From a virus (lineage: Duplodnaviria > Caudoviricetes): a DNA stretch of 45,110 bases. The notes below the pieces were generated by a model, which ran no database searches, had not been told where the DNA came from, and saw only the letters and a program-made list of their open reading frames with translations. Position 1 is the first letter of the stretch; every line of letters begins with the position of its first letter. The position numbers were made by a program, and so were the translations under genes. This document shows positions 16,382 to 25,865 of this stretch, piece after piece. Where the stretch lies: positions 1 through 45,110 of the IMG/VR virus record IMGVR_UViG_3300038393_001492; one strand, 5' to 3'.

Positions 16382-16690
16382 TTACTTGGCAAGGTCCCGG
16401 CGGACGTCCCGGATCCAGGACACGGCGCGCTCGCCGCAGGCCGTCTTGGACCGGTCGAGCACCTTCGCCTCGCCGATGATCCGCACGACGTCGGCCTTGG
16501 TCAGCGCCCGGTCCGGGATCTCCGGGAAGGCGCGGCGCAGGCACGCCTCGACGCCCGCGGGCGCGGCCGGCAGGGCGACGCGGTAGCCGGACCCCGTGAC
16601 CGGGGCCGGGCCGTTAGAGGTCACGCAGGCGGCGAGCGATGTTGCGATCAACGCAGACGCGAGCAGCGTCCTTGTCACGGGCCATGGCAT
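16382..16690 (-). CDS. o-spanin (Rz1-like lipoprotein)
   Basis: Signal peptide with LAAC lipobox, Pro-rich; overlaps the 3' end of the i-spanin. Confidence 0.75.
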   Translation of the reverse strand: MPWPVTRTLLASALIATSLAACVTSNGPAPVTGSGYRVALPAAPAGVEACLRRAFPEIPDRALTKADVVRIIGEAKVLDRSKTACGERAVSWIRDVRRDLAK

Positions 16691-17054
16691 CGAGGATGTC
16701 CTTCAGCTTGGAGTTGCGGGCGCGTTCGGCTTCGAGGTCCTTGGCCGCCTGGGCGGCCTGGCTGCGGTTGATCGCTTCCGAGAGGTCGGCGCGCTTCGTC
16801 TCGGCGGCGATCGCGCGCGAGGCCTCGCGGGCGAAGGCATCCCGGGCGCCCTTGGCCTCGCCGGCCTGGAACAGGGCCGCACCCGCGAACAGGCAAATGC
16901 CGGCCGCGATCAGCGGGCGCTTCAGGAAGGCCGGCAGGTAGGCGCTCGCCAGGAACGCCAGGGCGATCAGCCCGAGGCCGCCGGCACCGGCCAGCGTCGC
17001 GGGGATCGAGAACGCGGTCCAGCCGCGCGCGAGGGTTTCCAGGAGGGCGCTCAC
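16614..17054 (-). CDS. i-spanin (Rz-like)
   Basis: N-terminal TM segments, coiled coil, C-terminal Cys; follows the endolysin. Confidence 0.75.
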   Translation of the reverse strand: MSALLETLARGWTAFSIPATLAGAGGLGLIALAFLASAYLPAFLKRPLIAAGICLFAGAALFQAGEAKGARDAFAREASRAIAAETKRADLSEAINRSQAAQAAKDLEAERARNSKLKDILDAMARDKDAARVCVDRNIARRLRDL

Positions 17055-17525
17055 TCAGCCCTCCTTCACGCCGGCCAGGCAGAGGTTCTTCTCGCGCGTG
17101 CGCCGCCCGATCAGCTCCCGCTGCTTGGTCCACTTCATCATGGCGTTGCACGCCTCGACCTTGCGGCCCTGGTTGTAGAGGCGCACGGTCGAGGACGAGC
17201 AGAACCCGCCCTGGCCGATGTTGTAGGCGAACGAGACGAAGCTGACCTCGGTCTTGTCCGACATCGGCTGCTTGACGCACTTCTCGACCTTGGTCGCGAA
17301 CTCGTCGATCCGCTTGAGCAGCAGCTCGTCGCAGTAGGCCTTGGTGTAGACCCGGCCCCACACGGCGTTCTTGGTCTCGCCGTAGCAGTAGGTGCTGACC
17401 CCGACGGTGTCCTTGTAGGTCCGCAGCCGCAGACCCTCTTCCGTTCCGACCTGGCTGATCGTCGCGACACCGAGCGCGGTCGCGATGATCGCCCCGGCCG
17501 CCGTCCGCTTGACGAGGCGGCTCAT
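17055..17525 (-). CDS. endolysin, GH24 (T4/P21-like) lysozyme, probable SAR type
   Basis: E-x8-D-x5-T triad (EGLRLRTYKDTVGVSTYCYGET), SFAYNIG, RRTRE; weakly hydrophobic Ala/Gly N-terminus. Confidence 0.92.
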   Translation of the reverse strand: MSRLVKRTAAGAIIATALGVATISQVGTEEGLRLRTYKDTVGVSTYCYGETKNAVWGRVYTKAYCDELLLKRIDEFATKVEKCVKQPMSDKTEVSFVSFAYNIGQGGFCSSSTVRLYNQGRKVEACNAMMKWTKQRELIGRRTREKNLCLAGVKEG

Positions 17526-17749
17526 TCTTCACTCTCCTCTGGGATGGAGAGGCCGCGCTGCGCGATGAAGCGGGCCCCGAACGCCAGGCCGAGCACCGCA
17601 AGCGAGCTCCACCACGGCAGGAAATCCAGGTTCGGCCAGTAGTTGTAGGCCGCCTGAAGCACGCCCGAGAGCCACATCAGGCGCACGGACCAAGACTTGC
17701 GAAGGACCGTCCAGTGATCCTCGACGAGCGTTACCTTACTGATGGGCAT
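17522..17749 (-). CDS. holin (2 TM, pinholin-like)
   Basis: WSVRL motif, two hydrophobic helices, coupled to the endolysin. Confidence 0.75.
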   Translation of the reverse strand: MPISKVTLVEDHWTVLRKSWSVRLMWLSGVLQAAYNYWPNLDFLPWWSSLAVLGLAFGARFIAQRGLSIPEESEE

Positions 17750-17750
17750 A

Positions 17751-17770
17751 ATAAATCACCGCTGACTGAT
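17751..17770. promoter_or_regulatory. palindromic box 8 (ATAAATCACCGCTGACTGAT)
   Basis: Family member directly before the holin ATG. Confidence 0.75.
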
Positions 17771-17808
17771 GGATGTGGGCAAAGTCGGCCGGGAAGACTG
17801 CGATCTGC

Positions 17809-18156
17809 TCAGTGGACCCAGTTCTTCATGACGCCCGTGACGCCCGTGACAGTGGCGAGGAGCCATCCGACCAGGCCGCCGAGCCCCAGGATCGCCGCGG
17901 CGCCGGCGCGGTAGCTGCCGATCATCTTCTTCAGGCTCTCGATCTCGGACTTGGCCGCGGTGAGCTCGTCCTTGGTGATCTTGAGCTCGGCCTTGGTCTG
18001 CTGGAGCTCGAAGGAGGTGGCCTGGAGCTGCTCCTTGACCTTCACGAGCTCGCGGCTCGTCTCCTTCAGCTCGTCGCGCGCCTCGCCGACCTTCTCGGCA
18101 AGGGCGTCCATCTTCGCGAGGAGGACGGCGAGCCCGCTATCGGGAGTGTCAGCCAT
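17809..18156 (-). CDS. coiled-coil protein with C-terminal TM helix (lysis-associated)
   Basis: Heptad repeats followed by AAAILGLGGLVGWLL. Confidence 0.7.
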   Translation of the reverse strand: MADTPDSGLAVLLAKMDALAEKVGEARDELKETSRELVKVKEQLQATSFELQQTKAELKITKDELTAAKSEIESLKKMIGSYRAGAAAILGLGGLVGWLLATVTGVTGVMKNWVH

Positions 18157-18175
18157 GGGTGAGTCTCCCGATCCG

Positions 18176-18195
18176 GTAAGTCAGCACTGACTTAT
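18176..18195. promoter_or_regulatory. palindromic box 9 (GTAAGTCAGCACTGACTTAT), with upstream CATAAT -10
   Basis: Family member in front of the lysis cassette. Confidence 0.85.
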
Positions 18196-18226
18196 TATGT
18201 CACAGGAGGCCGTGGCGATGGAACCC

Positions 18227-18607
18227 TCAGCGGCTCGTGAGGGCATTTTCACGCAGGCGGATGCCGGCGTCGGAGAGGAGCGTCTGGATCTCGGCCTCGC
18301 TCCGGGCCGCGTCCACGGCCAGCGACAGCCTCACCCGGGCGAGTTCCAGGGCCGCGGCCTTGGCCGCCTCCGCCAGCACCGCGTCCGCGAGCTGCTCGAC
18401 CGTGACGCCGCGCATGGCCGCCTCCTCGGTGAGCATCGCCGAGCTGCCGCCGGCCTTTACCGTCACGGCCTCGGACTTCTTGACCGCGTCCATGGCGCGC
18501 AGCGTCGCCGGGCGCCCGTCGGCCTCGGCGACCGCGACGAAGTGGGCGATGACGCACAGCCGTGCCATCTCCTTGACCCCTGAGAGGTCGGGTCCGTGAA
18601 TGGCCAT
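18227..18607 (-). CDS. hypothetical tail-associated protein (126 aa)
   Basis: Start re-called at MAIHGPD; EAAMRGVTVEQLADAVL...LELARV resembles tail chaperone-type proteins. Confidence 0.65.
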   Translation of the reverse strand: MAIHGPDLSGVKEMARLCVIAHFVAVAEADGRPATLRAMDAVKKSEAVTVKAGGSSAMLTEEAAMRGVTVEQLADAVLAEAAKAAALELARVRLSLAVDAARSEAEIQTLLSDAGIRLRENALTSR

Positions 18608-18608
18608 C

Positions 18609-19043
18609 TCAGCTCTCCACCGTGAACGTGACCTCGACCAGGCGATAGGGGAAGGCCTCGAAGCTGACCCGGTAGCTGCCGGCGACCGTCCAGCCGATCT
18701 CGTAGTCGCCGCCCGGATGCTCCTCGGTGCCCGAGAGTGGGCCCGTGAAGCGCACCGTGCAGGCCGGCAGCCCCTTGAGCGTCGCGCCCTCGCCCACCTG
18801 GAGCGTCGTCTTGTCGAAGGCCGGCAGCTCCGGGCGCTTCTTGAGCGTCGGCTCGCCCGTGAGGTCGACGTAGTCGGTGTCCCGGTCGCCTTCGGTATCG
18901 AACAGCACGCGCTCGCCCTTGTTGGCGAGCCACATGACGAACCCGCGGCCCTGGCGCCCCTGGGTGAGGATCCGCCCCTCGGCACCGTAGGTGACGAAGG
19001 GCTCGATGGTGCGGAAATCCTCGTCGGTCGGTTCATATGTCAC
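18609..19043 (-). CDS. hypothetical tail-associated protein (144 aa)
   Basis: Start re-called at GTG 19043 (VTYEPTDEDF); GAGG upstream. Confidence 0.65.
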   Translation of the reverse strand: MTYEPTDEDFRTIEPFVTYGAEGRILTQGRQGRGFVMWLANKGERVLFDTEGDRDTDYVDLTGEPTLKKRPELPAFDKTTLQVGEGATLKGLPACTVRFTGPLSGTEEHPGGDYEIGWTVAGSYRVSFEAFPYRLVEVTFTVES

Positions 19044-19054
19044 CGGTGACTTAC
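19035..19054. promoter_or_regulatory. palindromic box 10 (ATATGTCACCGGTGACTTAC)
   Basis: Spans the J stop codon and the next start codon. Confidence 0.8.
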
Positions 19055-22000
19055 CTCGAAAGCTCGATGAAGGACAGGAAGGCGTTGTCGCCCTGGCCGC
19101 CGTCCGCCTGGATGGAGAAGACGTGGTAGCCCTGACCGGGGTTGACGGTCGCCATGGCCGGCGTCGTGCCCCAGTAGGTGAAGAAGTTCTTGTCCACCCA
19201 CATAGACGTGGCGACTGCGCTGAGCAACACACGCGCGCCCTCGTTGCCGCCCGGGAACCACCAGATCTGGGTGATACCGGCGCTAGAGCCGCGCGCGATG
19301 TTCGGGTTGTTGTTGATGATGCCCGAGAGGAAGATCCGGCTGTCCGGATCGCGGGCGACCACGCCGATGTCGCAGCGGGCGCCACCCGCGCTGGCAGCAC
19401 CCGCCTGCGAGACCGCGCCGCGGCGGATGTTGGCCTGGTCGACCTCGAGGTAGCCGATGTGCGCGCTCGTGATCTGGGCCGCCCCGATCTTGGCCGAGGT
19501 GATCTGGCCGTCCTGGATGTGGGCGTTCGTGATCTGAGCGTTGGCGATCTGGGCCGAGCCGATCGAGGCCGCGTTGATGAAGGCGCCGTTGATGAAGGTG
19601 CCGGTGGGCGCGATCTTCATCACCGTGTTGCCGTTGACGTCGCGGAAGATCGCCCCGTAGTCGCCGTCGTCGCCCTGGCCGTAGAACCGGCCGATGTTGC
19701 CGATCGAGACGTGCTCCATCCCGGTGTAGCCGAAGATGCGCATCATCCGGCTGGCGCTGTCGAGCCAGAAGCGCGGCGAGCCGAGGTAGATCGTGCCGGC
19801 ATTGATGGTGCCCGCGCCGATCTTGTCGGCCGTCACCTGACCGGCGGCGATCTTCTCGGCAATGATCGAGCCCGCGGCCAAGTGCCCGGTCTGGATCGCG
19901 CCGGCCACGATCTGCTGGGCCGTGATGGTGCCCGTGTTGATGCGGGTGCCGTCGATGATCGTGCCGCCGTAGAGCGGGTTGAGACCGGCCCAGCCGTCAT
20001 AGGCGCACATCAGGACGTTGTCGGGATCAGCGAGGATGTCCGCCCAGTTGTCGCGCGCGGCGTAGAGCGCGCCGGGCGTGCGCTTGCACCACCAGACGTA
20101 GCTGTAGCCGCCCGAGGTCTGGAACGCGCCGGCCGGGACCTGAGCCGCGACCGACGCGCCGTTGTCGTCGATGTAGAGGATGTAGCCCGTGCTCCAGGAG
20201 AGCACGCGCGTGTCCTTGGCGACCGAGAAGTCGAGCCCGACCGTCTGGATGCCGCGGGAGCCGATGCGGATCTTGTTGGCCGTGATCGAGTTCGTGGCGA
20301 TCGAACCGCCGTTGAGCTGGGTGTTGTTCGGGCCGGACAGCCACGAGGTCAGTGAGGCGCCGCCCCCGATCTGGATGCGGTCGGCATAGATCGAGTTGGC
20401 CTGGATGTTGCCGCCCGTGATGGTGTTGGCGGCGATCCGGTCCCCGGTGATCGTGCCGGCCATGATCCGGTCGGCCGTGATCGACCCGGCGACGATGCGG
20501 TCGGCCGAGAGCGAGTTGGTGGCGATGGTGCCGCCGTCGATGACCGTCGAGCTGTTGAGGCTCCAGGGCGTGAAGGCGGTCTGGTTGGCGAGCGCCTTCC
20601 CGAGGTAGAGCCCGGTCCAGAACACGTAGGGCTCGCTCTCGCCGGTCCAGATCGTGCGGCACAGCGGGATCACCCGCGTGGCGCCGTCGGGCGCGAACCC
20701 GAACGCCCCGACCCGGGCCCACTTCTCGAGCGGGCCGTTGCTCTGGTAGTCGCCCTGCTCGCCCGAGACGACCGAGGCGAACCAGCCCCCGTTCGCGTCG
20801 ATCCAGACCAGGATCACCTGCGCCCGGGCGCGGTGGACCGACACGTAGGACGAGAACTCATAGCGCTGGCCGGGCGTGACCGGGTAGCTGTTGTCCCAGC
20901 CGGTCTGCTTGCGCCGGTGCAGCACGAAGTCCGCATACTGCCGGTTGGTCGGGTTGCCGCCCCGGTGGACCATGGCAGAGCCCATGCCCTGCGGAGCCCA
21001 GTCGGTGCGCCAGCCCTGATCCGGGGTCACGCCGTCTGAGTAGCCGATGCCGATGAAGCCGGCCACGCTCGCCTGGAAGTCCGAGTTGAAGAACCAGTTG
21101 CCGCTGGTGAGACCCACGCCGATCTTGTCGGCCGTGATCGCGCCGGCTGCGAGCTGGTCGGTCTTGATGGCCCCGGCCGCGATCTGGCCGGTGGTGATCG
21201 AGTTCGCGACCAGGCGGTCGGCGTTGACCGAGCCGGCCTGGATCTCGGCGCCCGTGATCGTGCCGGCCGCGATGTTCCAGGCGACGATGGTCTTGGCGGC
21301 GATCTCGCCGGCGGTCAGCGAGTTCGCCACGACGTGCGCGCCCGTGATGGTCCGGCCCGCGATGTTGCCGCCCACGATGGTGTTGGCCGCGATCTCGTTC
21401 GAGGTCAGGGTGTTGGCGACGATCTTGTCCGCGGAGACCGAGCGAACGGCGATCTTGTCGGCCGTGACCGAGCCGGCGACGATGGCGTAGGCGGCCACCG
21501 AGTTCGCGGCGATCTGGGTGGCCGTGACCGAGTTCGCGGCGAGCTCGCCCGCGGTGATGGTCCCGGCGACCAGGTTGCCGGCCGTGATCGTGCGCCCGGC
21601 GATGTTCGTGCCGGTGATCGACTGCGCGGCGATCTCGGTGCCGGTCAGCGTGCCCACGGCGATGTCCGTGGCGACGATGGTCCGGGCCTGGATCTGTGTG
21701 GTGGTGATGCTCGCGGCGACCAGGCGGTCGGCGTTGATCGAGCCCGCGACCACCTTGGGCGTCGTGATCGAATTGTCGGCGATCTGGGTGCCGGTGATCT
21801 GTCCGGTGAGCTTACCCGCGCCCACGGCCGCGATCTGGCTGTCGACCACCTGGCCGACCAGCTTGGCCGTCGAGATCGCCGCGAGCTGCGCGTCCGTGAG
21901 CTGGCCGAGCACCTTCGCGGCGGAGATCGCCTGAAGCTGGCTGTCCTTGAGCTGACCGATGAGCTGATTGACGCCCAGCGCCTCGATCTGATCGGCGACG

Positions 22001-25000
22001 ACCTTGCCGATCAGCTTGTTGGCGGCGAGGCTCGCGATCTGGTCGTCGGTGAGCTGACCGACGACCTTGGCGGCGTCGATCTCGGCGAGCATGTCATCGG
22101 TGATCTTGCCGACGATGTCCTCGACCTTCACCTCAGAGACGACGAGGATCCACTTGCCGTCCTTGAGCTGGTAGAGCTTGCCGTCCTGGCGGTTGATGAC
22201 GACGAGCGGGCCGTCGTAGCCCTCGGGCTCGGGCAGGCCGTCCTTCACGCCAATCGCCGTCAACCCGTCGGCGAACGAGGTCTGGTCGATGATCGCGGAG
22301 GCGAGTTCCTCCTTCTGGATGACCGGCGAGACAGCGCGCACCGGCCCGACGAACACCTTGCTCTGGGTGGACGAGGTGTTGACCGTGCGCGCCCAGTAGT
22401 AGCGCTCCTGCGTGACCGAGAGGGTCTTGTCGAAGAACATCTGCACGCCGCGGGTCGACTGCCCGAGGAGCTTGAGGTCCTTCTCCTTGGTCTCGGCCGT
22501 GTCGCCGGCCCAGATCTCCACGAAATCGAGGTCGCGCTGCTTGGGGTCGGTCCAGGTGAGGATCGCCGTCTGGAAGGCGTTCTCGACCTTCAGATCCGTC
22601 ACCGGGTCCGGCGGCAGCTCGTTCTTGGCCGCGACGATCTCGACGATCACCGACCAGCCCGAGACGATGTCCGAGCCGTTGAAGGCGCGCACGCGCACCT
22701 CGTAGGTCGTGGCCGGCTTCAGGCCGTGCTTCTCCCAGACCGGGTCCGTGGTCCGGTCGCGCACCCAGGCGTTGAGGTCGTCGGGGTTGAGCGGCTTCTC
22801 GCGGATCTCGATCTCGTGACCCTTGAAGTTGGGCGAGGGGTTCGGATCCCAGATCGCGCGGATCACCGCCGTGACGGTGCCATCCTCGGCCGTCTCCGGC
22901 TCCGTCTGGAGCAGGACGTTCGTCGGGATCTCCGGCGCGTCCACGTCGATGATGTGGTTCGTCACGTAGACGCGGATCTCGGGGCTGATGTTGAGCCCGG
23001 TCTTCGAGAACAGGTCGTAGGCGGCGAAGCGGAGGTAGTAGTAGGTCTCCTTGAGCGCCTTCAGGTTGATGAGCGTGTTCGGGCCGTCATAGCGCGGCGC
23101 TGTGGTCAGCGGGTCGTAGCCCTGCTCGCGCTCGAGCCAGACCAGGCCGCCGGCCCAGTCCTGGTCGAGCGGGATGTCGTAGCCGACGAAGATGCTCTCG
23201 GTCGTCGTCTCGACGTCCGGGATAATCATCTCCGGGGCGGGGTTGTTACAGACGATCGAGCCGGGCGAGCCCTCGCGCCCGATGGCGTCGCGGGCGCGCA
23301 CCTGGATCCAGAACTTGCGGCGCGGGCCGCCGTCGGCGACGTTGTCGTCGAAGTAGTAGGTGTAGGTCTGGGTCGGCGCGATCCAGTCGGACAGGAGCTC
23401 GCGGGTCTCGATCTCGAACACCCGCACCACGAAGTCGATCGGATAGGGCGCGACCCCTTCCGGCCAGGTGACGTCCCAGTCGATGGTGCAGTCCTTGCCA
23501 AGGAAGATGCCGGTGCCGAGCGCCGGCCGATCCTTGTCGGTGTTCGCCAGCGGGCTCTGCGCCGGGTTGCGCACGCGCAGGTTGGTGATGATCGGGCCGG
23601 CCGTGCCGTCCCAGCCCGAGACGTTGAACGAGAGGGAGGCCGGCTCCGAGCGCGCGTTGCCGACGCCCTGGGCGGTCACGTAGGCCGTCCAGCCGCCGAT
23701 GGAGAGGTCGCGCAGGCTCATCGACGGCGCGGTCGTGGTGCCCATGTCGACGTCGCCGCCCGGGCCCACGAGGTAGACCGCGTAGGAGGTCGACAGCCAG
23801 TCGTCGCCCGGCGTCCAGGACAGCAGCACCTCGGTGCGCGGGATGCCGTCCGAGAAATACTGGCGCTCGACCGCCTTGAGGTTGGTCGGCGGCTTGATCT
23901 TCGAGCGGGGCCGCGTGTAGCGGATCGGGTCGAGGATGATGCCTTCCTCGACGCGGGCATACTTCAGCGGATCGTGGAACAGCGCCGCGATCTTGAAGGT
24001 GTTCTTCTTGGGCTCGGAGACCGACAGCACCCGATACTGGCGCGGGTTCACGTCGGTGCCGCCGATGGTCCACATCGCGCCCGGCAGGATCTCCGGCAGG
24101 CCGCCCGAGACCACCGCGGTCTGGTTGTTCTGCTCGAAGCCGGCGATGTCGCGCGAGACGACCGTGCCGTCGGCCGCGATCACCGAGATCCGGTAGGTCG
24201 AGCCCGGCAGCGGCTCGAACGGCCGGTCGAGGTTGATCCGCGAGAACGCCACGGAGATGACGCGGCCGCCGATGCGGACCTGCGCCTTGCGCGGGTCGGC
24301 CACCGCGATGATGTGCCCGGGCCGGATCGGGTCGGCCGCGAGCGCCTCGAGGCTCATCTCGAACTCAACCGTCTCGGTCGCGGTGTGCTCGGTGTCGAGC
24401 GTCCAGCGGCCGATGCGGTTGGCGAGGCCGCGCGAGGTGCAGCCGACCGCCTGGATGTCGGTCTGGCGCCAGCCATACTTCTCCAGGCCCTCGTCGTGCT
24501 GCACGACCTCGATGGCGTTGCGGTAGAAGTCGTCCGGGTCGTTCCACGACACCATCGCGACGGTGTTGCGGGTCTTCTTGGCCGTGCGGGAATACTTGAA
24601 GGCGCCGCCGACCACGTTGGCCAGCGAGAGCAGCTTGACGGGATCGCCCGGCATGTCGGCGACCGCGAACACCTGGCCGACCGACCAGAAGGCCATGCCG
24701 CGGAAGCTCGCGGTGATCTGCTGGAGGACCTTGAACGCCTCATCGCGCGAGTTGATGACGCCGTTGAAGGTGTAGCGCGGTTCCTTGCTGTCCCTGCCGT
24801 CGTCGACCGGCTGGTCGCACCACATCGCGATCTCGTAGAGACCATACTTGTCGATCTTCGAGCCGTCGATGAACTCGCCGAGGCCGTAGCGGCTGTTGGT
24901 CAGCAGGTCGTAGAAGACCCAGGCCGGGTTGTTGGTCCAGGCGCGCTTGAACGTGCCGTCCCAGAAGCCGTCATAGGTGCGGTTCTCCGGGTCGTAGTTC

Positions 25001-25863
25001 GACGGGACCTGGATGATGAGGCCCTTGACGTCGTAGTAGCGCGCCGGGATCGAGGAGCCGAAGTTGGAGGCGTCGAGCTCCATCGCGATGAGCGCGGTGT
25101 TCGGGTAGGTGAACCGACCCTCGACGATCGCCGTGAAGCTCTCCCAGATCAGCGAGCTCTGGTGCCATTCGACGTTCGGGTCGCCCGTGACCTTGCGCAC
25201 CCGGATCGAGTAGGGGTGGCCGCCGGCCGGCAGGTCGATCACGCTCGCGTGCTGGTAGGGCGAGGTGGTCTTCTGCTGCTGGAACAGCTCGCGCTTGACC
25301 TGCTCCCAGGCGCCGCCGTTGCGCCGGCGCTCGATCACGTAATCCATGTCGGTCGGCAGCAAGGACCCAGTCTTCTGGTCCTGGATGACGAGGCTCGGGA
25401 TCGTGCAGATGATCCGCACCGAGGTCGCGTTGATGTCGCTGATCGTGCGGATCGGCGGCTCCTGGGCGTGCTTGACCTCGACGCCGACCGAGTAGGTCGT
25501 CTCGGTCGCCGGCATGCCCGTGAGCATCTCCTGCTCGGGCTGACCCTTGCGCTCCTGCCAGGTGACGCCCGTGAAGTTGTAGGTCCCGTCCGAGTTCTGG
25601 AGCGCGGTCGCGTCGAAGAAGATCGACTTGGCGCCGTTCACGAGGCCGACGATCTCACCCTCGCCCAGCACCTCGACGAGGCGCGCCTTGGCGTTCGAGC
25701 GCAGCGTGTTGTTGGCGTCGGACTTCTGCGAGGCTGCCGAGGACGATCCACCCTTGGACGAGCCGCCCATCAGGCCGCCCGAACCGCGCACGTCCGGGAA
25801 GTCAGCCCTGACCGACATTGGCAGACGCACTTCGCCCGTCGGCTCGAGGATGTTGTCGTCCAT
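19051..25863 (-). CDS. central tail fibre / host-specificity protein J (lambda gpJ-like)
   Basis: GEGEIVGL, YPNTALI, IQVPSNYDPENRTY.G.WDGTFK.AWTNNPAWVFYDLLTNSRYGLG, FN3 domains, long ITADKI-type repeats; exact start uncertain. Confidence 0.95.
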   Translation of the reverse strand: MDDNILEPTGEVRLPMSVRADFPDVRGSGGLMGGSSKGGSSSAASQKSDANNTLRSNAKARLVEVLGEGEIVGLVNGAKSIFFDATALQNSDGTYNFTGVTWQERKGQPEQEMLTGMPATETTYSVGVEVKHAQEPPIRTISDINATSVRIICTIPSLVIQDQKTGSLLPTDMDYVIERRRNGGAWEQVKRELFQQQKTTSPYQHASVIDLPAGGHPYSIRVRKVTGDPNVEWHQSSLIWESFTAIVEGRFTYPNTALIAMELDASNFGSSIPARYYDVKGLIIQVPSNYDPENRTYDGFWDGTFKRAWTNNPAWVFYDLLTNSRYGLGEFIDGSKIDKYGLYEIAMWCDQPVDDGRDSKEPRYTFNGVINSRDEAFKVLQQITASFRGMAFWSVGQVFAVADMPGDPVKLLSLANVVGGAFKYSRTAKKTRNTVAMVSWNDPDDFYRNAIEVVQHDEGLEKYGWRQTDIQAVGCTSRGLANRIGRWTLDTEHTATETVEFEMSLEALAADPIRPGHIIAVADPRKAQVRIGGRVISVAFSRINLDRPFEPLPGSTYRISVIAADGTVVSRDIAGFEQNNQTAVVSGGLPEILPGAMWTIGGTDVNPRQYRVLSVSEPKKNTFKIAALFHDPLKYARVEEGIILDPIRYTRPRSKIKPPTNLKAVERQYFSDGIPRTEVLLSWTPGDDWLSTSYAVYLVGPGGDVDMGTTTAPSMSLRDLSIGGWTAYVTAQGVGNARSEPASLSFNVSGWDGTAGPIITNLRVRNPAQSPLANTDKDRPALGTGIFLGKDCTIDWDVTWPEGVAPYPIDFVVRVFEIETRELLSDWIAPTQTYTYYFDDNVADGGPRRKFWIQVRARDAIGREGSPGSIVCNNPAPEMIIPDVETTTESIFVGYDIPLDQDWAGGLVWLEREQGYDPLTTAPRYDGPNTLINLKALKETYYYLRFAAYDLFSKTGLNISPEIRVYVTNHIIDVDAPEIPTNVLLQTEPETAEDGTVTAVIRAIWDPNPSPNFKGHEIEIREKPLNPDDLNAWVRDRTTDPVWEKHGLKPATTYEVRVRAFNGSDIVSGWSVIVEIVAAKNELPPDPVTDLKVENAFQTAILTWTDPKQRDLDFVEIWAGDTAETKEKDLKLLGQSTRGVQMFFDKTLSVTQERYYWARTVNTSSTQSKVFVGPVRAVSPVIQKEELASAIIDQTSFADGLTAIGVKDGLPEPEGYDGPLVVINRQDGKLYQLKDGKWILVVSEVKVEDIVGKITDDMLAEIDAAKVVGQLTDDQIASLAANKLIGKVVADQIEALGVNQLIGQLKDSQLQAISAAKVLGQLTDAQLAAISTAKLVGQVVDSQIAAVGAGKLTGQITGTQIADNSITTPKVVAGSINADRLVAASITTTQIQARTIVATDIAVGTLTGTEIAAQSITGTNIAGRTITAGNLVAGTITAGELAANSVTATQIAANSVAAYAIVAGSVTADKIAVRSVSADKIVANTLTSNEIAANTIVGGNIAGRTITGAHVVANSLTAGEIAAKTIVAWNIAAGTITGAEIQAGSVNADRLVANSITTGQIAAGAIKTDQLAAGAITADKIGVGLTSGNWFFNSDFQASVAGFIGIGYSDGVTPDQGWRTDWAPQGMGSAMVHRGGNPTNRQYADFVLHRRKQTGWDNSYPVTPGQRYEFSSYVSVHRARAQVILVWIDANGGWFASVVSGEQGDYQSNGPLEKWARVGAFGFAPDGATRVIPLCRTIWTGESEPYVFWTGLYLGKALANQTAFTPWSLNSSTVIDGGTIATNSLSADRIVAGSITADRIMAGTITGDRIAANTITGGNIQANSIYADRIQIGGGASLTSWLSGPNNTQLNGGSIATNSITANKIRIGSRGIQTVGLDFSVAKDTRVLSWSTGYILYIDDNGASVAAQVPAGAFQTSGGYSYVWWCKRTPGALYAARDNWADILADPDNVLMCAYDGWAGLNPLYGGTIIDGTRINTGTITAQQIVAGAIQTGHLAAGSIIAEKIAAGQVTADKIGAGTINAGTIYLGSPRFWLDSASRMMRIFGYTGMEHVSIGNIGRFYGQGDDGDYGAIFRDVNGNTVMKIAPTGTFINGAFINAASIGSAQIANAQITNAHIQDGQITSAKIGAAQITSAHIGYLEVDQANIRRGAVSQAGAASAGGARCDIGVVARDPDSRIFLSGIINNNPNIARGSSAGITQIWWFPGGNEGARVLLSAVATSMWVDKNFFTYWGTTPAMATVNPGQGYHVFSIQADGGQGDNAFLSFIELSR

Positions 25864-25865
25864 CA

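Noticed and set aside
11452-25863. Diversity-generating retroelement or invertase shufflon acting on the fibres
   Set aside because: No reverse transcriptase, TR/VR pair, invertase or inverted fibre cassettes in the window
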